Shown one piece after another: positions 30,401 through 39,784 of a stretch of DNA of 64,000 bases. Both the position numbers and the translations under genes were made by a program. Under the pieces are notes generated by a model. The model made no database searches. It was not told the DNA's origin and saw only the letters and a program-made list of their open reading frames with translations. How positions within the stretch are numbered: position 1 is the first letter of the stretch; every line of letters begins with the position of its first letter. Source of the stretch: a virus (taxonomy: Duplodnaviria > Caudoviricetes); IMG/VR virus record IMGVR_UViG_3300044723_007907, positions 1 to 64,000 of that record; one strand, given 5' to 3'.

Positions 30401-31205
30401 ATCTTCCACTGGATATAAAGTTATAGACTTGACAATGAATCACACAACAATCGTCAAACGCAGGACATCCAACCGGAAGCCATGGGAAAATAAGGTCCTG
30501 TCCAAGAGTATACGTTTCAATCCAGATGAAATATCAGCACCTACGGATAATGATAAAACATACACACTCAGTTTGAGCTCCATAATACAACAAGTGTTTG
30601 ATGGGTATCAATTGGATCTAACCTTTGTAAACGGTACATTGCCTGTAGATTCTGACGGACCTAAAATAAATCAAATTATATATGATCCAGGTGATGGATC
30701 TGATAATGTATATTTGACAAGATTGATTGAAACCGGATTTGAACCGATCGATTTCGAGATTGGTGATCTTCCAGATCAGAGTGATCTGCATGATCCGAGA
30801 AGGTACGACACCCAACACCAGTACGTTTTTACTGACAGAGATGTAAGTATATACACACCCTCGTTGACAGCTGTGTACGCGAATCATAAAAAGTTGATAT
30901 TGAATATGAATTTAGAAGTAGAGCCATATACAATCGAGAGTGGATTTGATGATATACGCTTGATAGACACAAAAACATTTACAGACTTGACTGGTCACAG
31001 CAAACAACTATTAGTAACTGAAACATTGAATCCGAGATACATATCACACACCGTCATAACTAAAAGCAAGTATACAAATGAAAATGTCGTGGGTCTTGTC
31101 GATGGTGAGCAGTACAGAGGCAAGTATCATAAAATGTCAGACGGTACATTGATGACTGGTGAATTTCATAATCCAGCATCACAGACAATATACGAGACCG
31201 CTTGA
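27489..31205 (+). CDS. Large structural protein (baseplate-associated), 1238 aa
   Basis: Coupled to the previous gene. C-terminal YDPGDGS PKD-like motif. No specific family recognised. Confidence 0.5.
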   Translation: MSYDLTALSKYIPDGSVIVSGSGDDSTTPYSYSEWLAQSKGTTDTTKDRTIEYNKYIKAWNSYTTDKKTPYQRKERYKLLIKNIALNYTTTEEKRFLTNIDYNNTRHVAAATTFFAEKIKELALYYADARQSIRQASTRSGATGSIETIERLIYNKIPEVLSARLVLGDQILTNITGTNKNVVSIEQLYQIDEDIDSFLPVEYDPDIFTDIQSAVENLLSECLPVLELTDDILLTISSTPEITDQNISLLNYENFSNYQKSENNLNLYNLKEFVPQLIGADMFLLSGGDVTELYSGVNKWRDFYNRNQPVIQTQYEGMNLKTSGQLGNIFTPSNIGMLTYYSHQPKISNIKQQDEIAIVPDPNKYGTRNLITHAEDVTWLKATAANDALAGDIVDASRMPRFYSYRSEGESSLHSFSGMSRPYDPTGFFSGYQNEDWSNSDVFSRPAANIYDIDSRQETLLTGHNRMTRWVSDIFGNQYAVYKSSPPKPPRVFAFGESEDDFVTNSTCQIIDGGDTLKRRSRLWDEGVSYKIYEGGRRWDVDPKVEQQINMTLFEDLRQTVKVRKPDGSFESVLEEHNSWDYQPNDERTELVLKRITYHGFKKRGMEPVYDSQAYGGLFTDITCGQIDPASRGCVIRDNYAFGTFSDGLTSLDGVEYFISGTTPLTATTDAFEEYFNTGYGDQLLFDDTPTLSGTEVLVNENVDGGLFSDESCFDGETAQYTFEVENTAEYYNRVLNISKTQLTEIDYDEQQERTQYSLQNQSGTVYFRSYNDAVVKPLHEILTELQINTGESVNTDRVRLIQQVREGKIIDMNMYYDVLYIQTENYVYVEKIRFDDITGVLLKSDYESVLLRSDSSSRDMFIKPFYNNDTHELMIGQTFTSTVDEKIFVHPYVYMIELNMMSVKQILPSDDTTLDEYQLSDDLTNFQVEKIDTPILCYNRTIDLYTLSYSCKLSGAEDVCYGFCISDFEKSSTGYKVIDLTMNHTTIVKRRTSNRKPWENKVLSKSIRFNPDEISAPTDNDKTYTLSLSSIIQQVFDGYQLDLTFVNGTLPVDSDGPKINQIIYDPGDGSDNVYLTRLIETGFEPIDFEIGDLPDQSDLHDPRRYDTQHQYVFTDRDVSIYTPSLTAVYANHKKLILNMNLEVEPYTIESGFDDIRLIDTKTFTDLTGHSKQLLVTETLNPRYISHTVITKSKYTNENVVGLVDGEQYRGKYHKMSDGTLMTGEFHNPASQTIYETA

Positions 31206-31238
31206 TCAATTGGTGTGAATAGATAAATATATTTACAA

Positions 31239-33011
31239 ATGGCAAAATACCAACAGAACACCGGCAAGTCCTCCACATTTGGTAGGAATTTTATGGCATA
31301 TGTAGCTAGCAAGCTACCTTATAGTCAGACTCATGTAGTTGATAGCATACAATCACTCAACCCAAAATTTAAACATTTTTATTCCTCTGGTGGAACCAAA
31401 CGTGACATAACGCTTGCTAAACATAGTGTGTCACAACAGGTACTGACTTGGGACCAAGGAGTTGGAGCGGTTGCTGTTGACAAAAATTATCATCAGTTCA
31501 TGTACGCCAATGCGGACCAAGACAAAGAGAAGCGATTGCAGGATTATAGGGTCATGGCTGCATATGCGGAGGTTGGGGACGCGTTAGATGAAATATGTGA
31601 TGATGTGATTCATGTCAATCAAGAGAACGGAAAGGTTGTCAACATCAGTTTTCGAGATGCAGATCTAACAGAGTCCGCTAAAACAGAACTCACCAAGGAG
31701 TTCGATAAAATAATGAAATATTTTGAATTTGATACCAAAGGTTGGGAGTATTATCGGAGTTTGCTAGTAGATTCGGAGATATATTTTGAACATATAATTC
31801 ATGCAGATCATACAGATGAAGGTATTCTTGGGGTGTTGCTCGTGCCAACGGAATTGATTGACCCGATATATGATAATGTGCAAAACACGATGATCAAAGG
31901 TTATTTGTTCCGTCAACCAGTGATAAATCCAAAGACTCAACAGATAGAAAAATACGAATATATCCCCTTCGAGAAAAATCAAATCACATACATCAATAGC
32001 GGTATATGGAATGAAGATAAAACAATGAGATTACCTTTCATTGAAAGGGCTAGACGTGCTTACAGACAATTGACAATGATAGAAGACAGTATTGTTGTGT
32101 ATCGTATGGTACGTGCTCCGGAGAAGCTTGTTTTTAATGTTGATGTAGGTAACATGCCACCACCAAAAGCTGAAGCATATTTGAAAAAATTGATGCATAA
32201 TTATTGGAACCGCAAGACATTTGATAATAATCAAGGTGGTCAAGTGAATGCATTTAACCCTCAAAGCATGCTCGATAGCTTTTGGTTTGCAAAAAGAGCC
32301 GGTAACACGGGCACTGAAGTTACTCAACTTGCCGGAGGGCAAAATTTAGGAGAATTAACGGATTTGATGTATTTTGTGAAGAAATTGTACAAAGCACTCA
32401 AGGTACCTAGTAATAGACTGGAAGCAGAAGCAAGTTATAGTGACGGTACAGAGATACTGAGAGAAGAGCTAAAATTTGCTAAATTCATTATTCGACAACA
32501 TCAGCGATTCGCAGAGGGGCTGAAAAACACATTCATCACACATCTTAAGATGAAAAAACTTTGGGAAGAATATGGCCTGAAGGAGGATAACGTACAAGTC
32601 GAATTCAACCCACCTAGTAGCTTTCATGCTTTGAGAGAGCAACAAATATTTGAGATAAAAAGCGGTAATTTCAGTAACATGAGCGCGAATGAGATGATAT
32701 CCAACACATTTTGTCAGAAAAAGTATCTAGGATGGACGGACAAGGATGTGATGGCTAATCGTGCTTTTCTGAAGAAAGACAAAGAACTAACATGGGAATT
32801 AACTCAAATAGAAAGTCAAGGACCCAATTGGCGGGAGGCTGTTGAAGGCGCCGCCGGTGGAGATGAGATGGGTGCTGGTGGAATGGGTGATATGGGAGGA
32901 GCACTTCCACCACCAGCTGGTGGTGATGTGGGAGCTCCACCGGATTTTGGAGCACCAGCAGATGTACCAGCAACTGAACCAGCAACTGAACCCCCTCCAC
33001 CACCGGCATAA
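31239..33011 (+). CDS. gp20: Portal vertex protein (gp20-like)
   Basis: YRVMAAYAEVGDALDEICDD, QLTMIEDSIVVYRMVRAPEKLVFNVDVGNMPPPKAEAY, FWFAKR, LPGG-like LAGGQNLGE, REELKFAKFI. Pro/Gly-rich C-terminal tail. Confidence 0.97.
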   Translation: MAKYQQNTGKSSTFGRNFMAYVASKLPYSQTHVVDSIQSLNPKFKHFYSSGGTKRDITLAKHSVSQQVLTWDQGVGAVAVDKNYHQFMYANADQDKEKRLQDYRVMAAYAEVGDALDEICDDVIHVNQENGKVVNISFRDADLTESAKTELTKEFDKIMKYFEFDTKGWEYYRSLLVDSEIYFEHIIHADHTDEGILGVLLVPTELIDPIYDNVQNTMIKGYLFRQPVINPKTQQIEKYEYIPFEKNQITYINSGIWNEDKTMRLPFIERARRAYRQLTMIEDSIVVYRMVRAPEKLVFNVDVGNMPPPKAEAYLKKLMHNYWNRKTFDNNQGGQVNAFNPQSMLDSFWFAKRAGNTGTEVTQLAGGQNLGELTDLMYFVKKLYKALKVPSNRLEAEASYSDGTEILREELKFAKFIIRQHQRFAEGLKNTFITHLKMKKLWEEYGLKEDNVQVEFNPPSSFHALREQQIFEIKSGNFSNMSANEMISNTFCQKKYLGWTDKDVMANRAFLKKDKELTWELTQIESQGPNWREAVEGAAGGDEMGAGGMGDMGGALPPPAGGDVGAPPDFGAPADVPATEPATEPPPPPA

Positions 33012-33049
33012 CAAGATTTTAGCCGGATGATGGCATAAATAATTACAAT

Positions 33050-36000
33050 ATGTCACATCAACATTTACCATCCACATATTTTGATTGGCCTGCACGTCCA
33101 CATGGGTTGTATTTACATGATGGTGTATACAATGAATACATCAATTATGATTATTACGCAGGTGATGAAATACATGAAAACAATGTGGCGTTTCGTGGAT
33201 CAAGTTACATCTCATTTGATGATACACACACAAGATGGTTGAACAAAACAGATATACACATGTATGACACGAGTAGTATCAAATTGTTTGACAGCGGAAC
33301 GTTCACCATGCACACCTCAGCAAGTCCATTCAGCAGAGGCTTTGTGGTTGATAGTATCGGTCGGGTGGGTATTGGTATGGTTCATGAAGAGCCGCATTCC
33401 AACGTGATGGAATCACCGAGCTTTGATTTAGATGTAAGAGGTACAGTAGGTATAGAAGATTTTATATATCATAATGATGATACAGACACATACATGTTGT
33501 TTGGAGCGGATGAGACAACACATTATGTCAACTCGATAGGCGATCCAAATCTAGCGACCACGACTGATTTTGATGAGATCAATTTTAGAGTCGGTGGAGT
33601 TGATATGATTCAGATGCTAGAGGATGACACACAAGATCATATCACGTTCAACAAACGTCAGAGTGATGTGGATATCATAACCAGAACCTCGACCAATCAG
33701 CATGCATTTGTGATCAGAGGGGATGGTAGTGAGGTTGTGGTAAATGAGGATGGTAACAGTGACACTGATTTGCGTGTTGAAAGTGACAAGAGCACCAGAA
33801 TGTTACATGTGGATAGTTCGAGTGATGCTGTGTATTTACACGGACCAAATGATGATAGTGACATACTTGTTGTGTATGGTAACGGTAACGATGGTCTCTC
33901 AGGTCACAACTTATTCAACATAAGTCCGACTGAAATAACTTTCAACGCTAGCTCGAATGATGTGGATTTCAGAATAGCAGCAGACAATGCTGATCCATCA
34001 CAAAACACAACAGATATCGGTACAGATGGTGGTAGTCAGACACACTTGACACACAATCCAAATTATGCGTTTTTCTTGAATTCAAACAACGGTCGTGTAG
34101 GATTAGGAACCAACGTACCAGACACCACATTGCACATCGCTGGTAGCGCACATATTGAAGGTGATTTGTGGGTGAAAGGCAACGTGAATCAAGTGGACAC
34201 ATTCGTGCACATGACAAGTGCGGTTGACATAACAAACAAAGGCACCGGTCCTGCACTAACTGTCAATCAGACTGGTATTCAACCGATAGCCACGTTTAGA
34301 GACGATGGTCGCGACATTCTGTATATTGAGGATCTCGGCAATGTAGGGTTTCAAACCAACAACCCTCACACCAGTGTGTACATAAATGATCATGACGGCA
34401 TAAGAATACCTGTTGGTACTACAGCACAACGTCCAGTGAGTGGAGATTATGGTATTACTGGAGACAAATACACTGCTGATTTTTCAGCAATGTATGGTAC
34501 GATCAGATACAATCATGAGTATCAAACATTCGAGGGATTTGGTCCTGGGAACTCTTGGGGTAGTTTGGGTGGTGTTATTGATATCGATAGAGACACATTC
34601 TGGACTGCACTCAATGATATCAGCGGTAGTGATTATCCTGGTGATCCTGATGCGTTGAGAGCGTTTGTGGGTATTGATAATGACCCGGAAGGGTTAAACG
34701 GTCAATTGATGATGACGATCAAAAAAGATTTGACCATCATACACAGCCCGGATGTGGGTATAGGTACCACAAATCCACAAGGTGAGTTGCATGTGAGAAA
34801 CATGACAAGTGCTCCTGGTGGAGACCCAGTCAAGTTCATACTTGAAGGACCAGAACAAGCGTTTGGTTCATCGTTCCCACAACCCATGGGAATGATAGGC
34901 TTCACTTCTAGTGAAAGTGCCATTCACCATGGTGTGGTAGATGTCGCTGGTATACATGCTCGTGCCACAAAAGATTTCGACACTGATTCATATGGATCTG
35001 AACTCGGGTTTTTCACAACAAATGACTTTGCTAGTAGCTCCACCGAGAAGATCACGATAAAACAAGATGGTCGTGTGGGTATCGGTACAACATCACCAGA
35101 AGCTAGTTTGCAAGTTCTTCAGTCCACAAGCACTATTGCTGGTACAAATTTAAGCAACTCACGGATATTGGCCGGTACCGTCGCAGATGGTATTGGTATT
35201 GATAGTAACGAGATTGTCTCTTCCGGATCACCACTGTATATCGGCACATCAAGTAATGAGGATGTACACATCAGAACACAAGGAACAACAAGCCGGATAA
35301 TCATCGATGGTGCCACTGGAGATGTGGGTGTGAATACCAATCCAACAAACAAGCTACATGTGTACACCAATGAAAATAAATACGCAGGTTATTTCAGAAA
35401 TGATCACACCACCGCGGGTGGTGGTATTTTGAGCTTGATGCCAAATGCTGCTGCTAGTCGTTATGTTGCATATCTAGAGGGCCACACCACGCATTACGGA
35501 TTGTATGTGAAAGGTGACGGCAAGACCGGCATCGGAACCAACACACCCACTGGCACGTTGCACATTGTACCGAGAACCGGTACAAGTTCGAGCTCCACCA
35601 CTAACACCCCGTTGTATCTGGACACACCAGCCAACACAGTGAGCATGTTCATTGGAACAAATTCTGACACAGCTGGTTTTGGAGCCAACAGCTATTCCGG
35701 TAACATACGTTTCAATGGAAACAACACCGGTTGGGGAGATTTTGGATATTATCCGACAGGTGGTGATAATGGTGAATATGGTCACTTCAGATTTTCGCGA
35801 GCCGGCACAAATGTGAACACTACTCCAGACGCAAAAGTTGGTGTGGGCCATCTGTTTGTGAACAGTCGTGCTGGATTGGGTACCACAACACCACTGGCCA
35901 GGTTGGATATACAAGAGAGTCAAAATACATCCCGCGCCACATATTCTGATGCAGTTGGTAACGCTGGATTGTTGATCAGCACCAATTATACATCAGACGC

Positions 36001-38422
36001 GTTCACACCTGGTATTTTCTGGCAAACAGACAACAACAACTCAACCAAACCGAAAGGTGGTGTGTTCATGAGCATGCATGGTAGTGGTAGTCGTTTGCAT
36101 TTAGGCACAAGTCAAAGTTACAGTGATGGTATTACCCGATATGTGACTATAAACGAGAATGGTCACATGACCATCAACGCTCGTGAAAACACGCAAACCT
36201 CAGGTGTTGCATTGGATATACGCGGTTGGGATAGTGAGACCACCATGTTGCGTGTTGGGGCGAGCATGGACGGAGCACAAGGCATCGGTGCTATCGAAGT
36301 GACACAGGATGGTGCATATGGTGGTGGTATGTTTTACAATGGTGATGGATCCCCTGCCTTCGCGAGCGGTGAGATAGCCGATTGGATAGGATTCTACCGG
36401 ATGAATGCCGGAACGCGTACACAAGTGTTTGGCTATAGTTACAGTAGTAGTGACGTGTATTTCGAATCAGATTTATATGTACCGGATCAAATCCTTCACC
36501 GCGGTGATGGTGACACATACATGCAATTTCACGCAGAGAATCAATGGCGTGTGGTGACTGGTGGTGGTGAGAGACTTGAAGTGAGCAACAGTGAAACCAA
36601 GGTGAGCAACACACTTGCCATTGGAGACATAAAACTCAAAGAGAGTGCGGATCGTGCTGATCTGTTGGAGATAACAAGCACCACCGGTACTTGGGGTGGA
36701 ATACAAATCCGCAACAGTGGCAATGAAGGTCGTTGGAGCCTCATGACCGACGGTGAGGTTGCTGGTATATACAATGATGAAGATAATCAATGGCATATTC
36801 TCATGCAAGAAGGCGGGTACACCAAGTTGTATCATGCAAGTAATGATCGATTAACAACCACGTCCAGTGGTGTTGAGTTCCATGATCTTGACTTGCAGGG
36901 TGTGAGAGACATATATGTCGGTGATCAGATCATCCATGATGGGGACACTAACACATACATACAGTTTGATGCAGCTGATAGCTGGCGGGTTGTCACCGGT
37001 GGATCCGAGAGATTTAGTGTTGATAACTCCACGATCACAGCAACACGAGACATGCAAGTGGTCAAAGGCAAGCCTGTGTTGATACTGGACAGTCCCAGTG
37101 ATGGTGACAATTGGACCAATCAAGGTGCCATGATCGGTTTGGGTGAATCCGCGAACATATCTGGATCCGGAACAGCAGCGTTGTATTTGACATACAACGG
37201 TAACGGAAGTTCATACATAGGCACCGGTGGTGTGAACAGCACAACTGGTACGCCCAATCAAGGATTCATAAGATTCACATACAACAGCAACGCATTGTAT
37301 TTCAGCACCAATCCGAGCATCGCTGGTAACACCAACTGGCATGCCGGTAATGATGGTAGTGGTAGTGGATTAGATGCTGATAAAGTTGATGGTTTGCAAG
37401 CAAGTCAGTTTCTCAGGAGTGACACAAGCGACACTTTCACAACCATCACCGGAGCTAATTTATACATTAATAACACGAACACCAGAATACATGAAGGTAG
37501 CGGCAATGCTATACGTATACAGACCAACAGCGGATATTGTGACATAGGTCCACAAAACACTTCACATTGTCATATATACACTGATCGTGGTAGTTTTTAC
37601 TTCAACAAGACTCTGTTGTATGCAAATGGTCACACAATTTGGCACGCTGGTAATGATGGTAGTGGCAGTGGACTAGACGCGGATCTGTTGGATGGTAGAC
37701 AGGGCAGCGGATACGTGTCAACTGCCAACAACAGCTCATTGAATTCAGACACTAGAAACACACGAGGACCAACAAGACTGTTTCGTAGGGACGGTAACAG
37801 TGATTACAGTGTACAAACTCACTGGACTGGTTCTTATTGGCATTTACGAGGTTATGTCGGTGATACCTTTCATGGAGAATGTCAAGTAGGTTATGCATCT
37901 TCAGCCGGTTCAGCCAGTTCAGCCAGTTCAGCCACTACAGCTGGCACGGCTAGTAAAGTGACTGTGAACTCTAGCGACTCTGGTGGTAACACCTATAGGT
38001 TGACGTGGCACTCAGGCACTACAATGTATAGTAGTTCTCATTTCTACATATCCAGAGACAATAAAACGCTGTACAGCGCTGGTGATATAGTGGCATTCGC
38101 ATCTGACGCACGACTCAAGGAGAACATCACATTGATACAAAATCCTCTTGAGAAGTTGTCAAAAATAAACGGATACACATTCAATTTCAATAAAAAGGGC
38201 GAAGAGGTCGTCGGTCAATCTCAAGACAAGAAGCAAGTGGGTGTGCTAGCACAAGAAATTGAACAAGTATTACCGGAAGTGATCGAGCCGGCTCCTGGTG
38301 ACAATGAATACAAGACAGTCAAATATGACAAGATTGTGCCTCTGTTGATCGAGAGTATTAAAGCACAGCAAGAACAAATAGACACACTCAAGCAAGAGAT
38401 TGAGCAGCTGAAACAACGGTGA
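33050..38422 (+). CDS. Long tail fibre protein with C-terminal peptidase S74 chaperone, 1790 aa
   Basis: Repeated GRVGIGT..P...L modules, GLDAD.LDG motifs, and FASDARLKENI...INGYTF...VGVLAQEIEQVLPEV...VKYDKIVPLLIESIK followed by a coiled coil. Confidence 0.9.
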   Translation: MSHQHLPSTYFDWPARPHGLYLHDGVYNEYINYDYYAGDEIHENNVAFRGSSYISFDDTHTRWLNKTDIHMYDTSSIKLFDSGTFTMHTSASPFSRGFVVDSIGRVGIGMVHEEPHSNVMESPSFDLDVRGTVGIEDFIYHNDDTDTYMLFGADETTHYVNSIGDPNLATTTDFDEINFRVGGVDMIQMLEDDTQDHITFNKRQSDVDIITRTSTNQHAFVIRGDGSEVVVNEDGNSDTDLRVESDKSTRMLHVDSSSDAVYLHGPNDDSDILVVYGNGNDGLSGHNLFNISPTEITFNASSNDVDFRIAADNADPSQNTTDIGTDGGSQTHLTHNPNYAFFLNSNNGRVGLGTNVPDTTLHIAGSAHIEGDLWVKGNVNQVDTFVHMTSAVDITNKGTGPALTVNQTGIQPIATFRDDGRDILYIEDLGNVGFQTNNPHTSVYINDHDGIRIPVGTTAQRPVSGDYGITGDKYTADFSAMYGTIRYNHEYQTFEGFGPGNSWGSLGGVIDIDRDTFWTALNDISGSDYPGDPDALRAFVGIDNDPEGLNGQLMMTIKKDLTIIHSPDVGIGTTNPQGELHVRNMTSAPGGDPVKFILEGPEQAFGSSFPQPMGMIGFTSSESAIHHGVVDVAGIHARATKDFDTDSYGSELGFFTTNDFASSSTEKITIKQDGRVGIGTTSPEASLQVLQSTSTIAGTNLSNSRILAGTVADGIGIDSNEIVSSGSPLYIGTSSNEDVHIRTQGTTSRIIIDGATGDVGVNTNPTNKLHVYTNENKYAGYFRNDHTTAGGGILSLMPNAAASRYVAYLEGHTTHYGLYVKGDGKTGIGTNTPTGTLHIVPRTGTSSSSTTNTPLYLDTPANTVSMFIGTNSDTAGFGANSYSGNIRFNGNNTGWGDFGYYPTGGDNGEYGHFRFSRAGTNVNTTPDAKVGVGHLFVNSRAGLGTTTPLARLDIQESQNTSRATYSDAVGNAGLLISTNYTSDAFTPGIFWQTDNNNSTKPKGGVFMSMHGSGSRLHLGTSQSYSDGITRYVTINENGHMTINARENTQTSGVALDIRGWDSETTMLRVGASMDGAQGIGAIEVTQDGAYGGGMFYNGDGSPAFASGEIADWIGFYRMNAGTRTQVFGYSYSSSDVYFESDLYVPDQILHRGDGDTYMQFHAENQWRVVTGGGERLEVSNSETKVSNTLAIGDIKLKESADRADLLEITSTTGTWGGIQIRNSGNEGRWSLMTDGEVAGIYNDEDNQWHILMQEGGYTKLYHASNDRLTTTSSGVEFHDLDLQGVRDIYVGDQIIHDGDTNTYIQFDAADSWRVVTGGSERFSVDNSTITATRDMQVVKGKPVLILDSPSDGDNWTNQGAMIGLGESANISGSGTAALYLTYNGNGSSYIGTGGVNSTTGTPNQGFIRFTYNSNALYFSTNPSIAGNTNWHAGNDGSGSGLDADKVDGLQASQFLRSDTSDTFTTITGANLYINNTNTRIHEGSGNAIRIQTNSGYCDIGPQNTSHCHIYTDRGSFYFNKTLLYANGHTIWHAGNDGSGSGLDADLLDGRQGSGYVSTANNSSLNSDTRNTRGPTRLFRRDGNSDYSVQTHWTGSYWHLRGYVGDTFHGECQVGYASSAGSASSASSATTAGTASKVTVNSSDSGGNTYRLTWHSGTTMYSSSHFYISRDNKTLYSAGDIVAFASDARLKENITLIQNPLEKLSKINGYTFNFNKKGEEVVGQSQDKKQVGVLAQEIEQVLPEVIEPAPGDNEYKTVKYDKIVPLLIESIKAQQEQIDTLKQEIEQLKQR
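37337..37696 (+). repeat. Two 57-nt diverged direct repeats encoding WHAGNDGSGSGLDAD(KV/LL)DG (37337-37393 and 37640-37696)
   Basis: Direct comparison. Differences are mostly synonymous. Confidence 0.85.
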
Positions 38423-38455
38423 AAACCAAGAACTTCGGTATAAATAATACCGTAC

Positions 38456-39784
38456 ATGTCCTGTAACAATTTAAAACCACCCACACCTCCGTCGATTGAG
38501 AATCTACCCAGCAACATCAAACCACCTGTTGGTGGTACTATCGACAAGATAAAATCCGCTGCTAGTGGCAAGGGATTAAGTTCAGCCATGAGCAACGTTG
38601 GGGGATTGGTGAGTAGTAATTTGAAAAACGCTGCTGCCGCGCTGAGCCCAGAAAACATCGCCGGTAAAGTCGGTGAGTTAATTGGAGGTATAGCCAACAC
38701 AATAACATCAACAGTTGATGGTGTGATTGACGGCATCAGTGGTCTCAAAGGTCAACTTAAATCGCTCAACCCTAAAGCTAAATTGTCACAGGCAGACAAA
38801 TTGAAAGCGGATATCGCGAGTAAAGCCAATGGTGTTGGTGAGATGTCAGATTTACAATCAAAATTGTCTAATGATGCATGCTCAAAAAAATATATATCAC
38901 AAGCCAGTGATGTTAATAAAAGCATGACTGAATCTGCAACAACTGCCATGAAAGATGTGTCCAGAAAAGATCGTGCCAAGATGGCAAGAGACTCAGATTT
39001 TAAACAGCAAAAATCACAAGAGATTCAAGACAAAGTAAAGGCGGACGCCACTGATAAAGCAACCGGTTCGGCTGCAGAAAAAGACAAAGACCAAATAGAT
39101 GTGCAAGCCAAGACTCAACAACCAACACTAAACACAGTTAAAAAAACGCCAACCCCGGAACGATTGTTTTATGTTGATTCATGGATTTCAAATCTTGTCA
39201 CAATTCCAGCAGCGGATGATAGTCCTGTTGCTCGGTGGAATGTGTATGATAAGATGTGGCGTGAGTTTGTAACCAAGCTACAAACTGGAGGAGACAAGGA
39301 TGGTACGATTGAGAATGGTTATGATACTTTTCATCCAGACTTGATCATATCCACAACATATCAATACAATCCACATGCCATTGCACCTTGGAATGAAGAT
39401 CTAGACACGTTTAACATTCGGGAGCTTGCTGGCGTGTTCGCGAGACAGTGTGGTCAAACAAAAGCAGGAGACCGCTCATGGGCTGACAATCCGGATTTAT
39501 CTGATCCTATTAGAATGATGGCGGTATTCAGTGCATTTTTGTTAGAAAGTAAATATTATCCCGTAGGCGGTGCAGAGTTAGTGACGGTGAATGTTGGTGC
39601 TTATTGGATAACAACTCTAAGTGAACCTAACCCAATTTTCGGAAGATATTTCCCAACAAGTATAGGATACGATCAACGGCGTGCACAAGAAAAGTTAGCT
39701 ATTGACGCGTATAAATCAGCAGTTAAAGGTGCATTTGAAGCCAAGTACCCTTCAGATTTACAAAATCAACTTTATAATTTATGA
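38456..39784 (+). CDS. Hypothetical late protein (probably structural)
   Basis: 442 aa. TATAAATA at 38439-38446. Ser/Gly/Ala/Lys-rich N-terminal half. Overlaps the gp5-like gene. Confidence 0.55.
   Translation: MSCNNLKPPTPPSIENLPSNIKPPVGGTIDKIKSAASGKGLSSAMSNVGGLVSSNLKNAAAALSPENIAGKVGELIGGIANTITSTVDGVIDGISGLKGQLKSLNPKAKLSQADKLKADIASKANGVGEMSDLQSKLSNDACSKKYISQASDVNKSMTESATTAMKDVSRKDRAKMARDSDFKQQKSQEIQDKVKADATDKATGSAAEKDKDQIDVQAKTQQPTLNTVKKTPTPERLFYVDSWISNLVTIPAADDSPVARWNVYDKMWREFVTKLQTGGDKDGTIENGYDTFHPDLIISTTYQYNPHAIAPWNEDLDTFNIRELAGVFARQCGQTKAGDRSWADNPDLSDPIRMMAVFSAFLLESKYYPVGGAELVTVNVGAYWITTLSEPNPIFGRYFPTSIGYDQRRAQEKLAIDAYKSAVKGAFEAKYPSDLQNQLYNL

Noticed and set aside
32830-33011. Gly/Pro-rich low-complexity portal tail with a 12-nt tandem repeat (cagcaactgaac x2)
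   Set aside because: Disordered tails are common in T4-like portals, with no sign of a separate function.
33050-38422. Diversity-generating retroelement targeting the fibre
   Set aside because: No reverse transcriptase in the window. The repeats differ at synonymous positions, not specifically at adenines.
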